Shown in pieces: positions 10,482 through 19,928 of a stretch of DNA of 64,000 bases (position 1 is its first letter; every line of letters begins with the position of its first letter). This stretch comes from an uncultured Spirochaetales bacterium (GTDB lineage Bacteria; Spirochaetota; Spirochaetia; JABEVK01). The stretch spans positions 37,485 to 101,484 of the forward strand of contig CAZUXL010000002.1 in assembly GCA_964624355.1 (NCBI GenBank). Direction: 5' to 3'. Below the pieces are notes generated by a model. The model made no database searches. It was given only the letters and a program-made list of their open reading frames with translations, and was not told the origin of the DNA. A program made the position numbers and the translations under genes.

Positions 10482-10658
10482 TTATCCCTTCAGAAAGTGA
10501 GTTAGGGTACGGAAGGCTTCGGCGGCTTTATCTTGGGGCACCTGTACTTCAAACCATGATCCTGCCTGTTGAGTCTGGGAATTAATTCCGTCTTTGGTGA
10601 GTAAGTCCGACAGCCGCTGGGCTTCGCTTTTATCTTCTGTGGAATAAATCGTTTCCAT
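10482..10658 (-). CDS. Small 58 aa protein absent from the ORF track, DUF2007-like (a family annotated as putative signal-transducing protein)
   Basis: ATG at 10658 with an AGGGGA Shine-Dalgarno 7 nt upstream. Protein METIYSTEDKSEAQRLSDLLTKDGI... fits the hY.[ST]...EA..L...L...GI pattern of DUF2007. The family assignment is from memory. Confidence 0.35.
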   Translation of the reverse strand: METIYSTEDKSEAQRLSDLLTKDGINSQTQQAGSWFEVQVPQDKAAEAFRTLTHFLKG

Positions 10659-10667
10659 TAAAATCCC

Positions 10668-11576
10668 CTAAAGTATGGTTTTTCCTAAAAGGCTGGCTAT
10701 CATTTCCACCGCAGTTTCAGCAGTTTTATTTTGAATATCCAAAATTGGGTTGACCTCGACAACCTCCGCAGACCCCACCATGCCGCTGGCGGCCAGGTGC
10801 TCCATAATGAAATGGGCTTCCCGGTAGGTAAGTCCCCCGGGGACAGGCGTACCCACTCCCGGTGCAAAGGTAGGATCAAGGCTGTCCACATCAAAACTCA
10901 GGTGAATAACATCCACCCTCTGCTTGAGGTATTCCAAGGTTTCGGCCATGACGGAATCGATTCCTTTTCTGTCTATGTCCGCCATGGTAAAGGTCTTAAC
11001 TTTTTGATTTTTTAGATTTTGTCTTTCCCCCAGGTCCACATCCCGAAGGCCGATGATCACCACATGGGAAGGATCAACTTTCGTAAAATCCCCATGAAGA
11101 CCCGTGAGTTCAGGACTTCCAATGCCAGTGGATGCGGCGAGGGGCATCCCATGGATATTCCCCGAAGGAGAGGTTTCAGGGGTATTGTAATCCCCATGGG
11201 CATCGAGCCAAACCACCCCCCATCGAATGCCCTGGGCTCGGTAGTAGGCTCCCAGGCCTGCTAAGGTTCCTACGGCTATACTATGATCGCCTCCCATCAC
11301 CAGGGGGAAAAGACCCTCCTGCTTTGTGGCTTCCACTCTCTGGGCTAGCTTTCGACAGCCTGCAAGGATGGCGGGAAGAAATTTGAGGGTACTGTCGTAT
11401 TCTTGGGCTATTTCTTGGATGGGAACGAAGATCGGCTGTTCATCTTCTTCGGGATGGTGGCCTAACTCCATGAGTTTTTCTTTGATACCAGCCAGTCGGA
11501 GGGCTGTGGGCCCCACATTGACTCCCCTGCGGGAGGCACCGAAGTCCATGGGAACTTCTATCAAACGGATCTTCAT
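10668..11576 (-). CDS. rocF: Arginase (ureohydrolase family)
   Basis: GGDHSIAVG, DAHGDYNTPETSPSGNIHGMP and SFDVDSLDP...GTPVPGGLTYRE closely match the arginase signature (GGDHSLAIG / SGNLHGQP / SFDVDGLDP). Confidence 0.7.
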   Translation of the reverse strand: MKIRLIEVPMDFGASRRGVNVGPTALRLAGIKEKLMELGHHPEEDEQPIFVPIQEIAQEYDSTLKFLPAILAGCRKLAQRVEATKQEGLFPLVMGGDHSIAVGTLAGLGAYYRAQGIRWGVVWLDAHGDYNTPETSPSGNIHGMPLAASTGIGSPELTGLHGDFTKVDPSHVVIIGLRDVDLGERQNLKNQKVKTFTMADIDRKGIDSVMAETLEYLKQRVDVIHLSFDVDSLDPTFAPGVGTPVPGGLTYREAHFIMEHLAASGMVGSAEVVEVNPILDIQNKTAETAVEMIASLLGKTIL

Positions 11577-11651
11577 ACGCTAATAGTACTCTCAACTTCG
11601 CCTTTATGACAAGTAAAAGCTCATCTTAAAAATTTCTTGACCAGTGATGCC

Positions 11652-12974
11652 CTAGAGCTCTTTTGCAAAGATTTTACTTTTCCGCTGACGGTTATAGTTC
11701 ACTTGTTTTTTCTCCGGGAGGGTTTCCAGGTCCGCTTCTTTGAACCCCATCTGGTGGAACCAATCGGTGGTTTGGGTCGTGAGGACAAAAACCCTTCGCA
11801 GTTCTAGTTTTATAGCCCGGCTGACCAGGAATCCCAAGATCTTTTTTCCCATGGATAGATGGGCATAGGAGGGGTTTGTGGCGATGGCAGCGATTTCACC
11901 CTGACCATCTTGGTAGGTATGCAGGGCTCCACAGGCATGAATCGCCCCGTCCACTTCATAAACCACATAGTCATGATAGGTTTCAATCAGGTCCTCTTCC
12001 GTTCTGTTCACGAGAATCCCTTGATCGATGAGGGGCTTCATTAGCCGGTGAACATCACTCACATCCCCGGGGGTCATGGAACGGATGCTTTCGTAGTCAT
12101 CGGAATAGATCATGGTTCCGATTCCTATGTTGGAGAAGATTTCTTTCAAAATAACCCCCTCGGTCCGGCCATCCACCAAGTGAACCCGTTCCACACCTTT
12201 TTTACAGGCGGCCAAAGCTTGTTTGATGTAATGGAGATCCACATCTTGGACCCCTTGATTTAATTCCAAGAGGGCCTGGGCTTGGCTTACGGACATCCGG
12301 GGTACCCGACCGTCCGGGAGTCTTTCCACATCGGGGGTAACATCGTATCCCCGGCCGTCGATCCCTTCGCTTTCGCTGATAAAAAATAGTTTTTCTGCCC
12401 CCAAAGTTTCACACACTGCCAAGGCCAGGTCATCGGAGGAGATGTTGTAGGCTTGGCCGGCGCTGGACCAACCAATGCAGGGGAGGATGGGAATATGCCC
12501 ACCATCGAGCATCTGCTCCAAAAGTTCCGCATTAACTTTTTCTACTTTTCCCGTGAATTGGTAGTCCACACCGTTTATCACACCCAATCCCCGGGCTCTC
12601 ACCCAGTTACCGACCAAGGCGTTGACCTTAAAACCACTCAAGGGCGTCATGAATTTATTCACCACGTCAAAAGCCGCCATTTTGATGAAGGGTAAGTCTT
12701 CCGCTGTGGAGATTCGAATCCCCGCTTCCACATGGCTTTCTTCCCCGTATTCCTTTAAAACCTCATCGATCCGCTCTTTTGCCCCGGGGACAATTACCAC
12801 ATGGATACCGGTTTGGTGAAGGAGGGCCAAATCCCGCAGGAGATTGGGAAAATGCTTTTCCATCACCATGGGATAATCAATTTTAAAAACAAAAGTTTTA
12901 TCTTGGAAACGATGGGAGTAATAAAAAACTTCCCGAATTAGTTCCACGTGCTCTCTGAGTCTTACTTCATCCAT
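11652..12974 (-). CDS. argA: Amino-acid N-acetyltransferase (N-acetylglutamate synthase): amino-acid-kinase fold plus C-terminal GNAT
   Basis: 440 aa. N-terminal AAK-family domain, C-terminal GNAT. Size and architecture match ArgA. Confidence 0.75.
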   Translation of the reverse strand: MDEVRLREHVELIREVFYYSHRFQDKTFVFKIDYPMVMEKHFPNLLRDLALLHQTGIHVVIVPGAKERIDEVLKEYGEESHVEAGIRISTAEDLPFIKMAAFDVVNKFMTPLSGFKVNALVGNWVRARGLGVINGVDYQFTGKVEKVNAELLEQMLDGGHIPILPCIGWSSAGQAYNISSDDLALAVCETLGAEKLFFISESEGIDGRGYDVTPDVERLPDGRVPRMSVSQAQALLELNQGVQDVDLHYIKQALAACKKGVERVHLVDGRTEGVILKEIFSNIGIGTMIYSDDYESIRSMTPGDVSDVHRLMKPLIDQGILVNRTEEDLIETYHDYVVYEVDGAIHACGALHTYQDGQGEIAAIATNPSYAHLSMGKKILGFLVSRAIKLELRRVFVLTTQTTDWFHQMGFKEADLETLPEKKQVNYNRQRKSKIFAKEL

Positions 12975-12997
12975 GGGTGAAGTTTAAAGGGAATCCC

Positions 12998-13663
12998 TTA
13001 ACACAGCAAGCCCGATTCCTGAAAGCTGTAAAAGGAAGTCTGGGTAAAAATGAGGTGATCCAGGAGGGGAATTCCCAGGATCTGGCCAGCCTCCCAAATT
13101 CTTCTGGTAATATCCCTGTCCTCCCGGCTGGGATCTAAATTCCCCGAAGGATGGGAATGGGCCACAATGACTCCGGCGGATCTGTCCTTGATAGGGCCTG
13201 CAAATACTTCCCTTGGATGGATCAAAGTTCTGTTGAGCAAACCAATGGTCAACAGCCGGGTTCTAAGCACCTCATGGGCCCCGTTTAATGAAAGACAAAG
13301 AAAATGCTCCTGGGGGCGGTCGGCGTACCTGCGAAGAATGGTATAGGCATCCTGGGGGAGTCGAATTTTTGGTCTATGGGGAAGGTAGATCCTTCGGGTC
13401 AGCTCCAAGGTCCCCACAATTTGGCCAGCTTTGGAATGTCCTATACCTTTAATTTGAATAAGCTTTTTATAGGCTTCCAAACCTTGGTGTTTATCTAAAA
13501 CTGCCAGGCAAGCAGGGGCAAGATCTTCAATGGAAGCTTGTGCACACCCAGAAGAGAGAATCAAGGCCATGAGTTCCTGGTCAGAAAGTCCCTCGGGACC
13601 CAATTGTTTTATTTTTTCCCGGGGTCTGAGGTGGGGTCGGGGGGAGCGTAGTTCTTCATTCAT
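12998..13663 (-). CDS. radC: RadC-family JAMM/MPN+ protein (UPF0758)
   Basis: JAMM motif HSHPSGNLDPSREDRDIT. N-terminal HhH region. Confidence 0.85.
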   Translation of the reverse strand: MNEELRSPRPHLRPREKIKQLGPEGLSDQELMALILSSGCAQASIEDLAPACLAVLDKHQGLEAYKKLIQIKGIGHSKAGQIVGTLELTRRIYLPHRPKIRLPQDAYTILRRYADRPQEHFLCLSLNGAHEVLRTRLLTIGLLNRTLIHPREVFAGPIKDRSAGVIVAHSHPSGNLDPSREDRDITRRIWEAGQILGIPLLDHLIFTQTSFYSFQESGLLC

Positions 13664-13754
13664 TTCATTATAGAGAAGGAAAAAAAGAGGGTTCTGCTTT
13701 TACTTTTGATAAAAAAAGCTGGACAATTGGCCAATTGAGGATAAAATAGCTGGC

Positions 13755-14300
13755 ATGAGAAAGTTTGTACTCCTGGGAATTCTGATTTTTACCGCTTGTA
13801 CCCCCCAGGATCCCTGGTCCCGAACTCGGACAGAAATAAGGCAAATATTTGAACTCCCCCTGGTGGAGATGAATTTCCGACAAGTAATCTATCATTCTCG
13901 GGATAGGGAATGGTGGAATATTTTGGAATCTAAAAAAGAAGCTCTTTTTGCCGTTCCCGTGCGCGTACAGGCGGGATTTAATCTTCAATCTGGGTTCACC
14001 ATCCTCCCTTCGGATAATCAACATACAGTGGAAATAATTTTTCCACCCCCTTCAGTTTTACTCGCCGATGCCCTGGATGAAAAACTTCAGCAGTACTTCA
14101 GTCTTCCCCCCACCGGGTCCGTGACACCCCAGGAGCTTCAAAGCCTCCTGTCTCAGGCGGTGAAATCTGCCACAGAGGAAGCTCTTGAAGCGGGAATTTT
14201 AGAAACAGCATCTACGAATGCACAGAATTTCCTTACCTCCTTTTTTGGGGTGCTGGGTTTTCAGACGGTGATTTTCCGTATCCAGGAGATAAAAATATGA
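13755..14300 (+). CDS. Hypothetical lipoprotein
   Basis: Signal peptide plus lipobox (LIFTAC). No recognisable domain. Confidence 0.5.
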   Translation: MRKFVLLGILIFTACTPQDPWSRTRTEIRQIFELPLVEMNFRQVIYHSRDREWWNILESKKEALFAVPVRVQAGFNLQSGFTILPSDNQHTVEIIFPPPSVLLADALDEKLQQYFSLPPTGSVTPQELQSLLSQAVKSATEEALEAGILETASTNAQNFLTSFFGVLGFQTVIFRIQEIKI

Positions 14301-15022
14301 GAAAATCCCATATTTTATTAGGAATTCTTCTCTTGGGACTGAGTTTGGGGGCAGGGGGATGGGCCTATTGGGTCTACAGACAGGATCAGCAGGAACTCGT
14401 GCGCTTTTCTCTGGCCTCCCAGGTGCTCACAGGAGTTTATAATCAAACCAGGATTCAGACGGCGGATGCCTTTTATCAGGTCCTCTTTCCCTTTGACTTT
14501 TTGCCCTACGATACCTCTGCATGGAAGACCCTGAAGGCCCAAAGTACGGCACGGCGGCCTATTCCCCCGGTGGATTGGGAAACCCTGGAGTTGGTGAGAT
14601 TGGCCAGAAAAATTGGGTTTGACCCAGAGTTAGGGAAATTTGGATTTCTCGTTCTGAATATCCGGGTGAGAGCTGGTATGGATTTGGAAAAAAATCCCAT
14701 GGAGATTGAGCTGGAACCCTCAGAACGCGGTCGGGTACTGGTTCTGAGACTACCCACCCCGAGGATTACGGATTTCCAGGTTTTGGATTTTCCGGAGGGG
14801 GTCCGATTTCCTGGCATTCCCCTGGCACCATTGGACTGGAAACAGCTGATACAGCGATTAAAACCCCGGATTATTGCCCAGGTTTTAAAAGATGGCCTTC
14901 TTGCCCAAGGGCAGGAAAGTGGTGAAAAAATTTTTGATCGAATTATACGGTCCTCGGGATTTCCGAGGTATGAAATTATTTGGAAATCTCCCACGGAACA
15001 AGAACCGGGAGATCGAGGGTAA
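14297..15022 (+). CDS. Hypothetical membrane-anchored or secreted protein. ATGA overlap with the upstream lipoprotein gene.
   Basis: N-terminal hydrophobic anchor. A 4 nt start/stop overlap indicates translational coupling. Confidence 0.45.
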   Translation: MRKSHILLGILLLGLSLGAGGWAYWVYRQDQQELVRFSLASQVLTGVYNQTRIQTADAFYQVLFPFDFLPYDTSAWKTLKAQSTARRPIPPVDWETLELVRLARKIGFDPELGKFGFLVLNIRVRAGMDLEKNPMEIELEPSERGRVLVLRLPTPRITDFQVLDFPEGVRFPGIPLAPLDWKQLIQRLKPRIIAQVLKDGLLAQGQESGEKIFDRIIRSSGFPRYEIIWKSPTEQEPGDRG

Positions 15023-15024
15023 AA

Positions 15025-15480
15025 ATGGAAATACAAAAAGCAGAATGGAAGGATCTCCCCGGGATTCTGGATTTACAGAAGAGAGCCTTTTCCGAAACAG
15101 CCCAGAGGTATGGGGATCCCTTGATCGCTCCATTGACACAAACCTTAGAGGGTATTCGGGAAGAGTTCCATGACTCGGTTTTTCTTAAATTTGAAACAGA
15201 GGGCAGGCTCATGGGTGCGGTGAGGGGTAAGATAGAAGATCAAACCGCTTTTATTCACCGACTGGTGGTGCATCCAGGGTTCCAAGACCAGGGCTGGGGA
15301 CAAAAGTTACTCAATGCCATGGAAAAGGAGTTGTCCAGTGCAGAGCGACTGGTTCTCTATACAGGACACAAAGATATAAAAAGTCTTCATATTTATGAGA
15401 AACATGGATACCAAGCATTTAAAGAAGAGCGGGTAAATCCAAGATTGATACTTATCCATATGGAAAAATACCGTAATTGA
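15025..15480 (+). CDS. GNAT family N-acetyltransferase. Start trimmed to the ATG just after the upstream stop.
   Basis: Acetyl-CoA binding motif HRLVVHPGFQDQGWGQKLL (the Q/RxxGxG/A pattern). Confidence 0.7.
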   Translation: MEIQKAEWKDLPGILDLQKRAFSETAQRYGDPLIAPLTQTLEGIREEFHDSVFLKFETEGRLMGAVRGKIEDQTAFIHRLVVHPGFQDQGWGQKLLNAMEKELSSAERLVLYTGHKDIKSLHIYEKHGYQAFKEERVNPRLILIHMEKYRN

Positions 15481-15529
15481 GGCTGTCTGAAAACTACTGC
15501 GGAGAGTTTTTGGTGCGCAAAAACCTCCC

Positions 15530-17626
15530 TCAATATCCGGTTTTTTTGTAATCTTTAAGGAATTCTTGGGGTTCTATGGGTTTGGAGAAGTAGTAGCCTT
15601 GGAATCTTTGGCAACCCAGGGACTTGAGGATTTCAAATTGTTCCCGGGTTTCCACCCCTTCTGCCACGGTAATCGCATTTAAAGCCTTAGATAGTTGGAT
15701 GATGGCTTGGACTATGGAAACTGTTTTTTTATTCTCCGGGATAAGATCCACAAAGTGTTTATCGATTTTCAGATAAGTAAAAGGCAGGCCGGAAAGACTG
15801 GCAAGGGACGAATACCCTGTGCCAAAATCGTCCAGGGCAAAGCGCATGCCTTTTTCGGCATAACTGAGAATTAAAGCCCGCACATCCGATTCGTGAGCCA
15901 GCATAGTCTCGGTGATTTCAAAGTATATTCCTTCTCTGGGAAAACCGGGATTAAAAAGGGTGTCTAAAAAATTCACCCGAAATTCCCTATCTTTCAATTG
16001 CCTTAAGGAAAGATTAATGCCTATGGGAACGGAGGGCAGCTCCATGGATTCCCAAAGTTTTATTTGTTTGGCCACGGCTTTAATAGCCCAAAGACCTGCT
16101 TGGGATATTTGGCTAGATTCCTCGAGAATAGGGATAAATTCCATGGGGGATACGGGACCGTAACCAGGGCGATCCCACCGCATGAGGGCTTCGGCACTCA
16201 CCAGGCTCCCTTGCGAATCCACAATGGGCTGATATACCAGGCGGAATTCCTTTTGTACAAAGGCATGAACCAAATCTTCCCGTATTCTTGCGGATTTTTT
16301 TACCTTATCGGTCATGGCAGGGGAATAAAATACGGGACTGAATCCCAAGCGCTTGGCTTCATAAAGCGCCGTATCCGCATTTAGGGTGAGGATACTGGCA
16401 TTGGTTCCATCCAGTGGGTAAAAAGCCACCCCAATCGAGACACCGATGGGGACAGAGTGACCCTTCAGATCAAAGGGATTCCGCAATGCTTCCAGGATTT
16501 TGCTAGCCACCACGGAGGCATCCTGGGTTTGTCCCAGGGGACTAATGATGAGGGTGAACTCATCCCCGCCTAAACGGAAGACCGAATCGGTGGTGCGAAC
16601 CGCCAATTTCAACCTTTCCCCCACTTTTATTAAAAGCTCGTCCCCGGCGGCATGGCCTAAGGAGTCATTCACTTCCTTAAATTTATCCAAATCTAAAAAC
16701 ATCACCGCTACAGTGACAGGATTTTTTAATCTTTCCAAAAAAGAGATCAGCTGGTCTAATTTGTGAAAATACGCCCGTCTGTTCTCCAGTCCTGTGACCC
16801 CATCGTGGGTAGCCAGGTAGTCCATCTCCTGCGCTCTGGTTTCCAGGGCCCGATGAGATCTGGCCAAATCTGTACACATATCATTAAACGCCCTCGCCAG
16901 TTCATGGTATTCATCCTTTCTCCGGTGATGAATCCTTATGGAAAAATCCCCGGTCTGGATTTTTTTTGCAGCCCTGGAGAATTGTCCTATGGGATGTACG
17001 AGATGGCGGGATAGGAGAATGGATAATACCAGGGTTAATAAAAAGGCGGGTAAGACCCCATAACTCGCCATCCAGAGAAATTGGAATTGAAAATTTCCCA
17101 CTTCGGTTTCACGTACGTCCATAATTAATATACCACTGGGCAGGCCCTGGGAGTTTTTAATCACCGCGGTGACCTTAAAATAGGTTCCGTAAGGGGTTTG
17201 TTGGGGTTCAGGGAAATAACGATCTATCCCCTCGTGGAAAATTTGGGTGTAAACAAGGGCTGACGATTCAGGTTCTGTATGAATCCTATTTTTTTTATCC
17301 GCATCCAAGACGTATAGAAAGCTTTTGTCTTTTCCCTGAGCCACGGTATAAAGAGAAGTGATTCCTAAATTTTTGGTTTTAAATTCCCGGAGGTTTTTTA
17401 AGTAGCCTTGATAGACCGGATCGTCTAACGCTTGAGGCCCCGTGAAGCTGAGGTGACGATCCCCATCAATTGCCCCAGCCAAAGCCTGGGCTTGGATGAG
17501 TTTTTCCTGCAAATAAAACTGGACAAGAATATTTTTTCCCAAGGAAAAATAAATAAAAAAACTGGATGAGACTACCAATAAAATGAGGCCAAGGTAACCA
17601 AGAGTCAATTTTCTTTGTAAATTCAT
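15530..17626 (-). CDS. Membrane sensor HAMP-GGDEF-EAL protein (diguanylate cyclase/phosphodiesterase)
   Basis: Two TM segments flanking a periplasmic domain. HAMP. GGDEF (RLGGDEF). EAL (SAEALMRW). Confidence 0.85.
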   Translation of the reverse strand: MNLQRKLTLGYLGLILLVVSSSFFIYFSLGKNILVQFYLQEKLIQAQALAGAIDGDRHLSFTGPQALDDPVYQGYLKNLREFKTKNLGITSLYTVAQGKDKSFLYVLDADKKNRIHTEPESSALVYTQIFHEGIDRYFPEPQQTPYGTYFKVTAVIKNSQGLPSGILIMDVRETEVGNFQFQFLWMASYGVLPAFLLTLVLSILLSRHLVHPIGQFSRAAKKIQTGDFSIRIHHRRKDEYHELARAFNDMCTDLARSHRALETRAQEMDYLATHDGVTGLENRRAYFHKLDQLISFLERLKNPVTVAVMFLDLDKFKEVNDSLGHAAGDELLIKVGERLKLAVRTTDSVFRLGGDEFTLIISPLGQTQDASVVASKILEALRNPFDLKGHSVPIGVSIGVAFYPLDGTNASILTLNADTALYEAKRLGFSPVFYSPAMTDKVKKSARIREDLVHAFVQKEFRLVYQPIVDSQGSLVSAEALMRWDRPGYGPVSPMEFIPILEESSQISQAGLWAIKAVAKQIKLWESMELPSVPIGINLSLRQLKDREFRVNFLDTLFNPGFPREGIYFEITETMLAHESDVRALILSYAEKGMRFALDDFGTGYSSLASLSGLPFTYLKIDKHFVDLIPENKKTVSIVQAIIQLSKALNAITVAEGVETREQFEILKSLGCQRFQGYYFSKPIEPQEFLKDYKKTGY

Positions 17627-17666
17627 TCATAGCCAATATACTTCAATCCCGAAGGGAGTGCAAAAA

Positions 17667-19379
17667 TCAACCTTTAAATCGCTTGGACGCCTGATTCTCC
17701 AGCTTTTCCAGATCCCCCAACAAGGGGGAAAGTTCTTTCTCGGATAAAAACAACTTTTTCGTTTCCAAGGCTAGGCGGGAGTAGATGGTTTGGTACTTTT
17801 TAAAAGCAAATTTTCTTAGGGTCCAAAGAAGTCTTCTGGCGAGATTTTTTTCCTTGGGAAAGTTCTGGAGAAGATCCAGAAGAACTTGTGCTTCCTCCCC
17901 GTGATCTGAGCAGACCAGGGTTTCCAGATCCTTTGCAAAAATTTCCAAATCTTCGGTGGGCCAGGCTTCCAAGTCTTCTTTTCCCAGGTTAAATTTCCAT
18001 AGGTGTAGTGTCCCACAGGTGAAACTTCTATTATTACCCTGCCAGTGAAACGCTTCCCTCTGGTTCCATCCCCGGGATTTAATCTTTTCTGGATGAAAGG
18101 AGACCCCGAGCAGTGCCTGGATTTTTCGAAGCAGTAGAAACCGGCGAACCCTCACGGCCGATCCAGAACCTGGGACGGATGAGCGGTCCAATATGAGAAC
18201 CAGTTCGGAATTGTGAACGGCCCTGAGGGGACTTTGTCGTCCTCCCCGGTATTTTACATAGGGCTGAATGACCAGATCCACCTTACCGGATGAGGAAAGG
18301 ATTTCATACATTTCCTCAAAAGGAATGATTCCTTCAGTATTGTAGCTTAAAACGATATGCCGGGCATCGGCTTGGTCCAAAAGGGCTTTAAGGGATTTAG
18401 GTGCTTGAGTTCGTACACAGTAGGGACTGCGGCGCTCAATCCAATCCTGGCGTATTCCCGCCTTGTTTTTCAAAATTCCTTGGGGTGTGAAATTCAAATC
18501 TGCTTCCGGTTTATCCCAGAGGGTGAGGGTATTCAGCAGGTGGTAGTTTGAACCGTACTGGTGCTGATTGTAAGGGGGATCCAAATAGATCAAATCTGCG
18601 GTTTGATTCTTTAAAAATTCCTGAGCATCCAACCCAAAGACTTGGGCTCCTGGACCAGAGTCCCAAAGCTCTGGATTTTCCCATGTCATGGGATGAAAAA
18701 TCCGTTTTAATGCATCTCCCCCGTGACCTCCAAAGCCCTTATGAAAGGCTTTAAATACGCCGGAAGTATTGGAATGGGCGGAAGCTTGATAGATCAAAGG
18801 GGCGATTAAGAATACTTTTTCCCGGCGTTGCTCTTCCGGGAGTTCCCAACCGGGATACCATGATTCGATGAGGGATCGTGCTCGGTCCAGATATTGGCCG
18901 TTGGACGGGGTGAAAAACATCCGTTCTTTTGTATAATCAGCGGTGTCCAAATGGGCGGGAGAGTAATATTTTGAAAGGTACTCCTGGGCAGGAGGGGGCG
19001 AATTCAGTAGTTCCCGCAGGTGTTGTGCTCCTCCCCGGGAACCAAACCAATTATTGACCTCTTTAGGGGTGAAAGCTGTATGGGCCTCCGTAACCAGCCG
19101 GGCATAGGGTTCCCAGTCATTGGCCCCCACTTGATACCCTAAAACCCTGCCTAAACGGGCTACTGCTCCTGAACCGCAAAAAGGATCGAGAAACCTTGTT
19201 CCAGGACCGTGACCTAAACCTTGAAATATCCCTGATAAAAAGGGAAGGAGTGACCTCTTGTTTCCGATATAAGCGATGAGTTGCCTTGTGAGGTAGGGAT
19301 TTGATACAAAGGAAGGATTAACCACGGGGTAATTTACCAGAAACAGAGGGAATTTTCCAGAGCAGCAAATTTTGAACAC
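17667..19379 (-). CDS. N6-adenine DNA methyltransferase of the T4-Dam/D12 class with a roughly 250 aa uncharacterised C-terminal extension
   Basis: Motif X YIGNKRSLLPFL (T4 Dam has YTGNKQSLLPEL). Motif I DPFCGSGAV. Motif IV LDPPYN. The order X–I–TRD–IV is the alpha class. No adjacent endonuclease gene. Confidence 0.75.
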   Translation of the reverse strand: MFKICCSGKFPLFLVNYPVVNPSFVSNPYLTRQLIAYIGNKRSLLPFLSGIFQGLGHGPGTRFLDPFCGSGAVARLGRVLGYQVGANDWEPYARLVTEAHTAFTPKEVNNWFGSRGGAQHLRELLNSPPPAQEYLSKYYSPAHLDTADYTKERMFFTPSNGQYLDRARSLIESWYPGWELPEEQRREKVFLIAPLIYQASAHSNTSGVFKAFHKGFGGHGGDALKRIFHPMTWENPELWDSGPGAQVFGLDAQEFLKNQTADLIYLDPPYNQHQYGSNYHLLNTLTLWDKPEADLNFTPQGILKNKAGIRQDWIERRSPYCVRTQAPKSLKALLDQADARHIVLSYNTEGIIPFEEMYEILSSSGKVDLVIQPYVKYRGGRQSPLRAVHNSELVLILDRSSVPGSGSAVRVRRFLLLRKIQALLGVSFHPEKIKSRGWNQREAFHWQGNNRSFTCGTLHLWKFNLGKEDLEAWPTEDLEIFAKDLETLVCSDHGEEAQVLLDLLQNFPKEKNLARRLLWTLRKFAFKKYQTIYSRLALETKKLFLSEKELSPLLGDLEKLENQASKRFKG

Positions 19380-19402
19380 CTATGATTAAAGAGGCTTAAA
19401 TT

Positions 19403-19864
19403 ATGATAATTTTTGTGGATGCGGACGCTTGTCCCGTGGCGGTGAAAGAAATCCTTTACAAGGCCAGTTCCCGTTGGGGGATGAAACTTATTTTTGTGGC
19501 CAATCAGAAGATGTGGATTCCCTCATCCCCCCTCATATCCCAAATTGTGGTTTCCTCCGGTGCAGATGTGGCGGATGACCATATCGTGAGCATGGTCGAG
19601 CCGGGGGACTTGGTGATATCTGCGGACATTCCCCTGGCTGACCGGGTGATAAAAAAATCTGGAATCGTTTTGGATCCCCGGGGGGTTTTTCTTACTGCGG
19701 ATAATATCGGGCCCCGGCTGGCCTTGCGGGACCTCATGGACGGACTACGGTCTGAAGGGATGGTAACTGGGGGGCCGGGAGCCTTCGGACCAAAAGAAAA
19801 ACAGGCTTTCGCCAACCATTTGGATAGAATACTGGCGAGAGCACAAAAGGCCCAGAATCAATAA
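19403..19864 (+). CDS. yaiI: UPF0178/DUF188 family protein (YaiI/YqxD)
   Basis: N-terminus MIIFVDADACPVAVKEILYKA matches the conserved YaiI start (MxIWVDADACP). Confidence 0.75.
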   Translation: MIIFVDADACPVAVKEILYKASSRWGMKLIFVANQKMWIPSSPLISQIVVSSGADVADDHIVSMVEPGDLVISADIPLADRVIKKSGIVLDPRGVFLTADNIGPRLALRDLMDGLRSEGMVTGGPGAFGPKEKQAFANHLDRILARAQKAQNQ

Positions 19865-19928
19865 AAGGGAAATTCCACCCTTTCTCATCCCCTTGCCCCC
19901 AGCCTAGGGGTTTGGGTAGAATAAGCCT

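Noticed and set aside
10700-11583. Several plus- and minus-strand ORFs of 64–94 aa inside the arginase gene
   Set aside because: The arginase frame carries all the ureohydrolase signature motifs. The others are shadow ORFs.
14506-15036. A 176 aa minus-strand ORF antisense to the 14297–15022 gene
   Set aside because: It has no RBS or start context and its composition is typical of an antisense frame. The plus-strand gene is translationally coupled to both neighbours.
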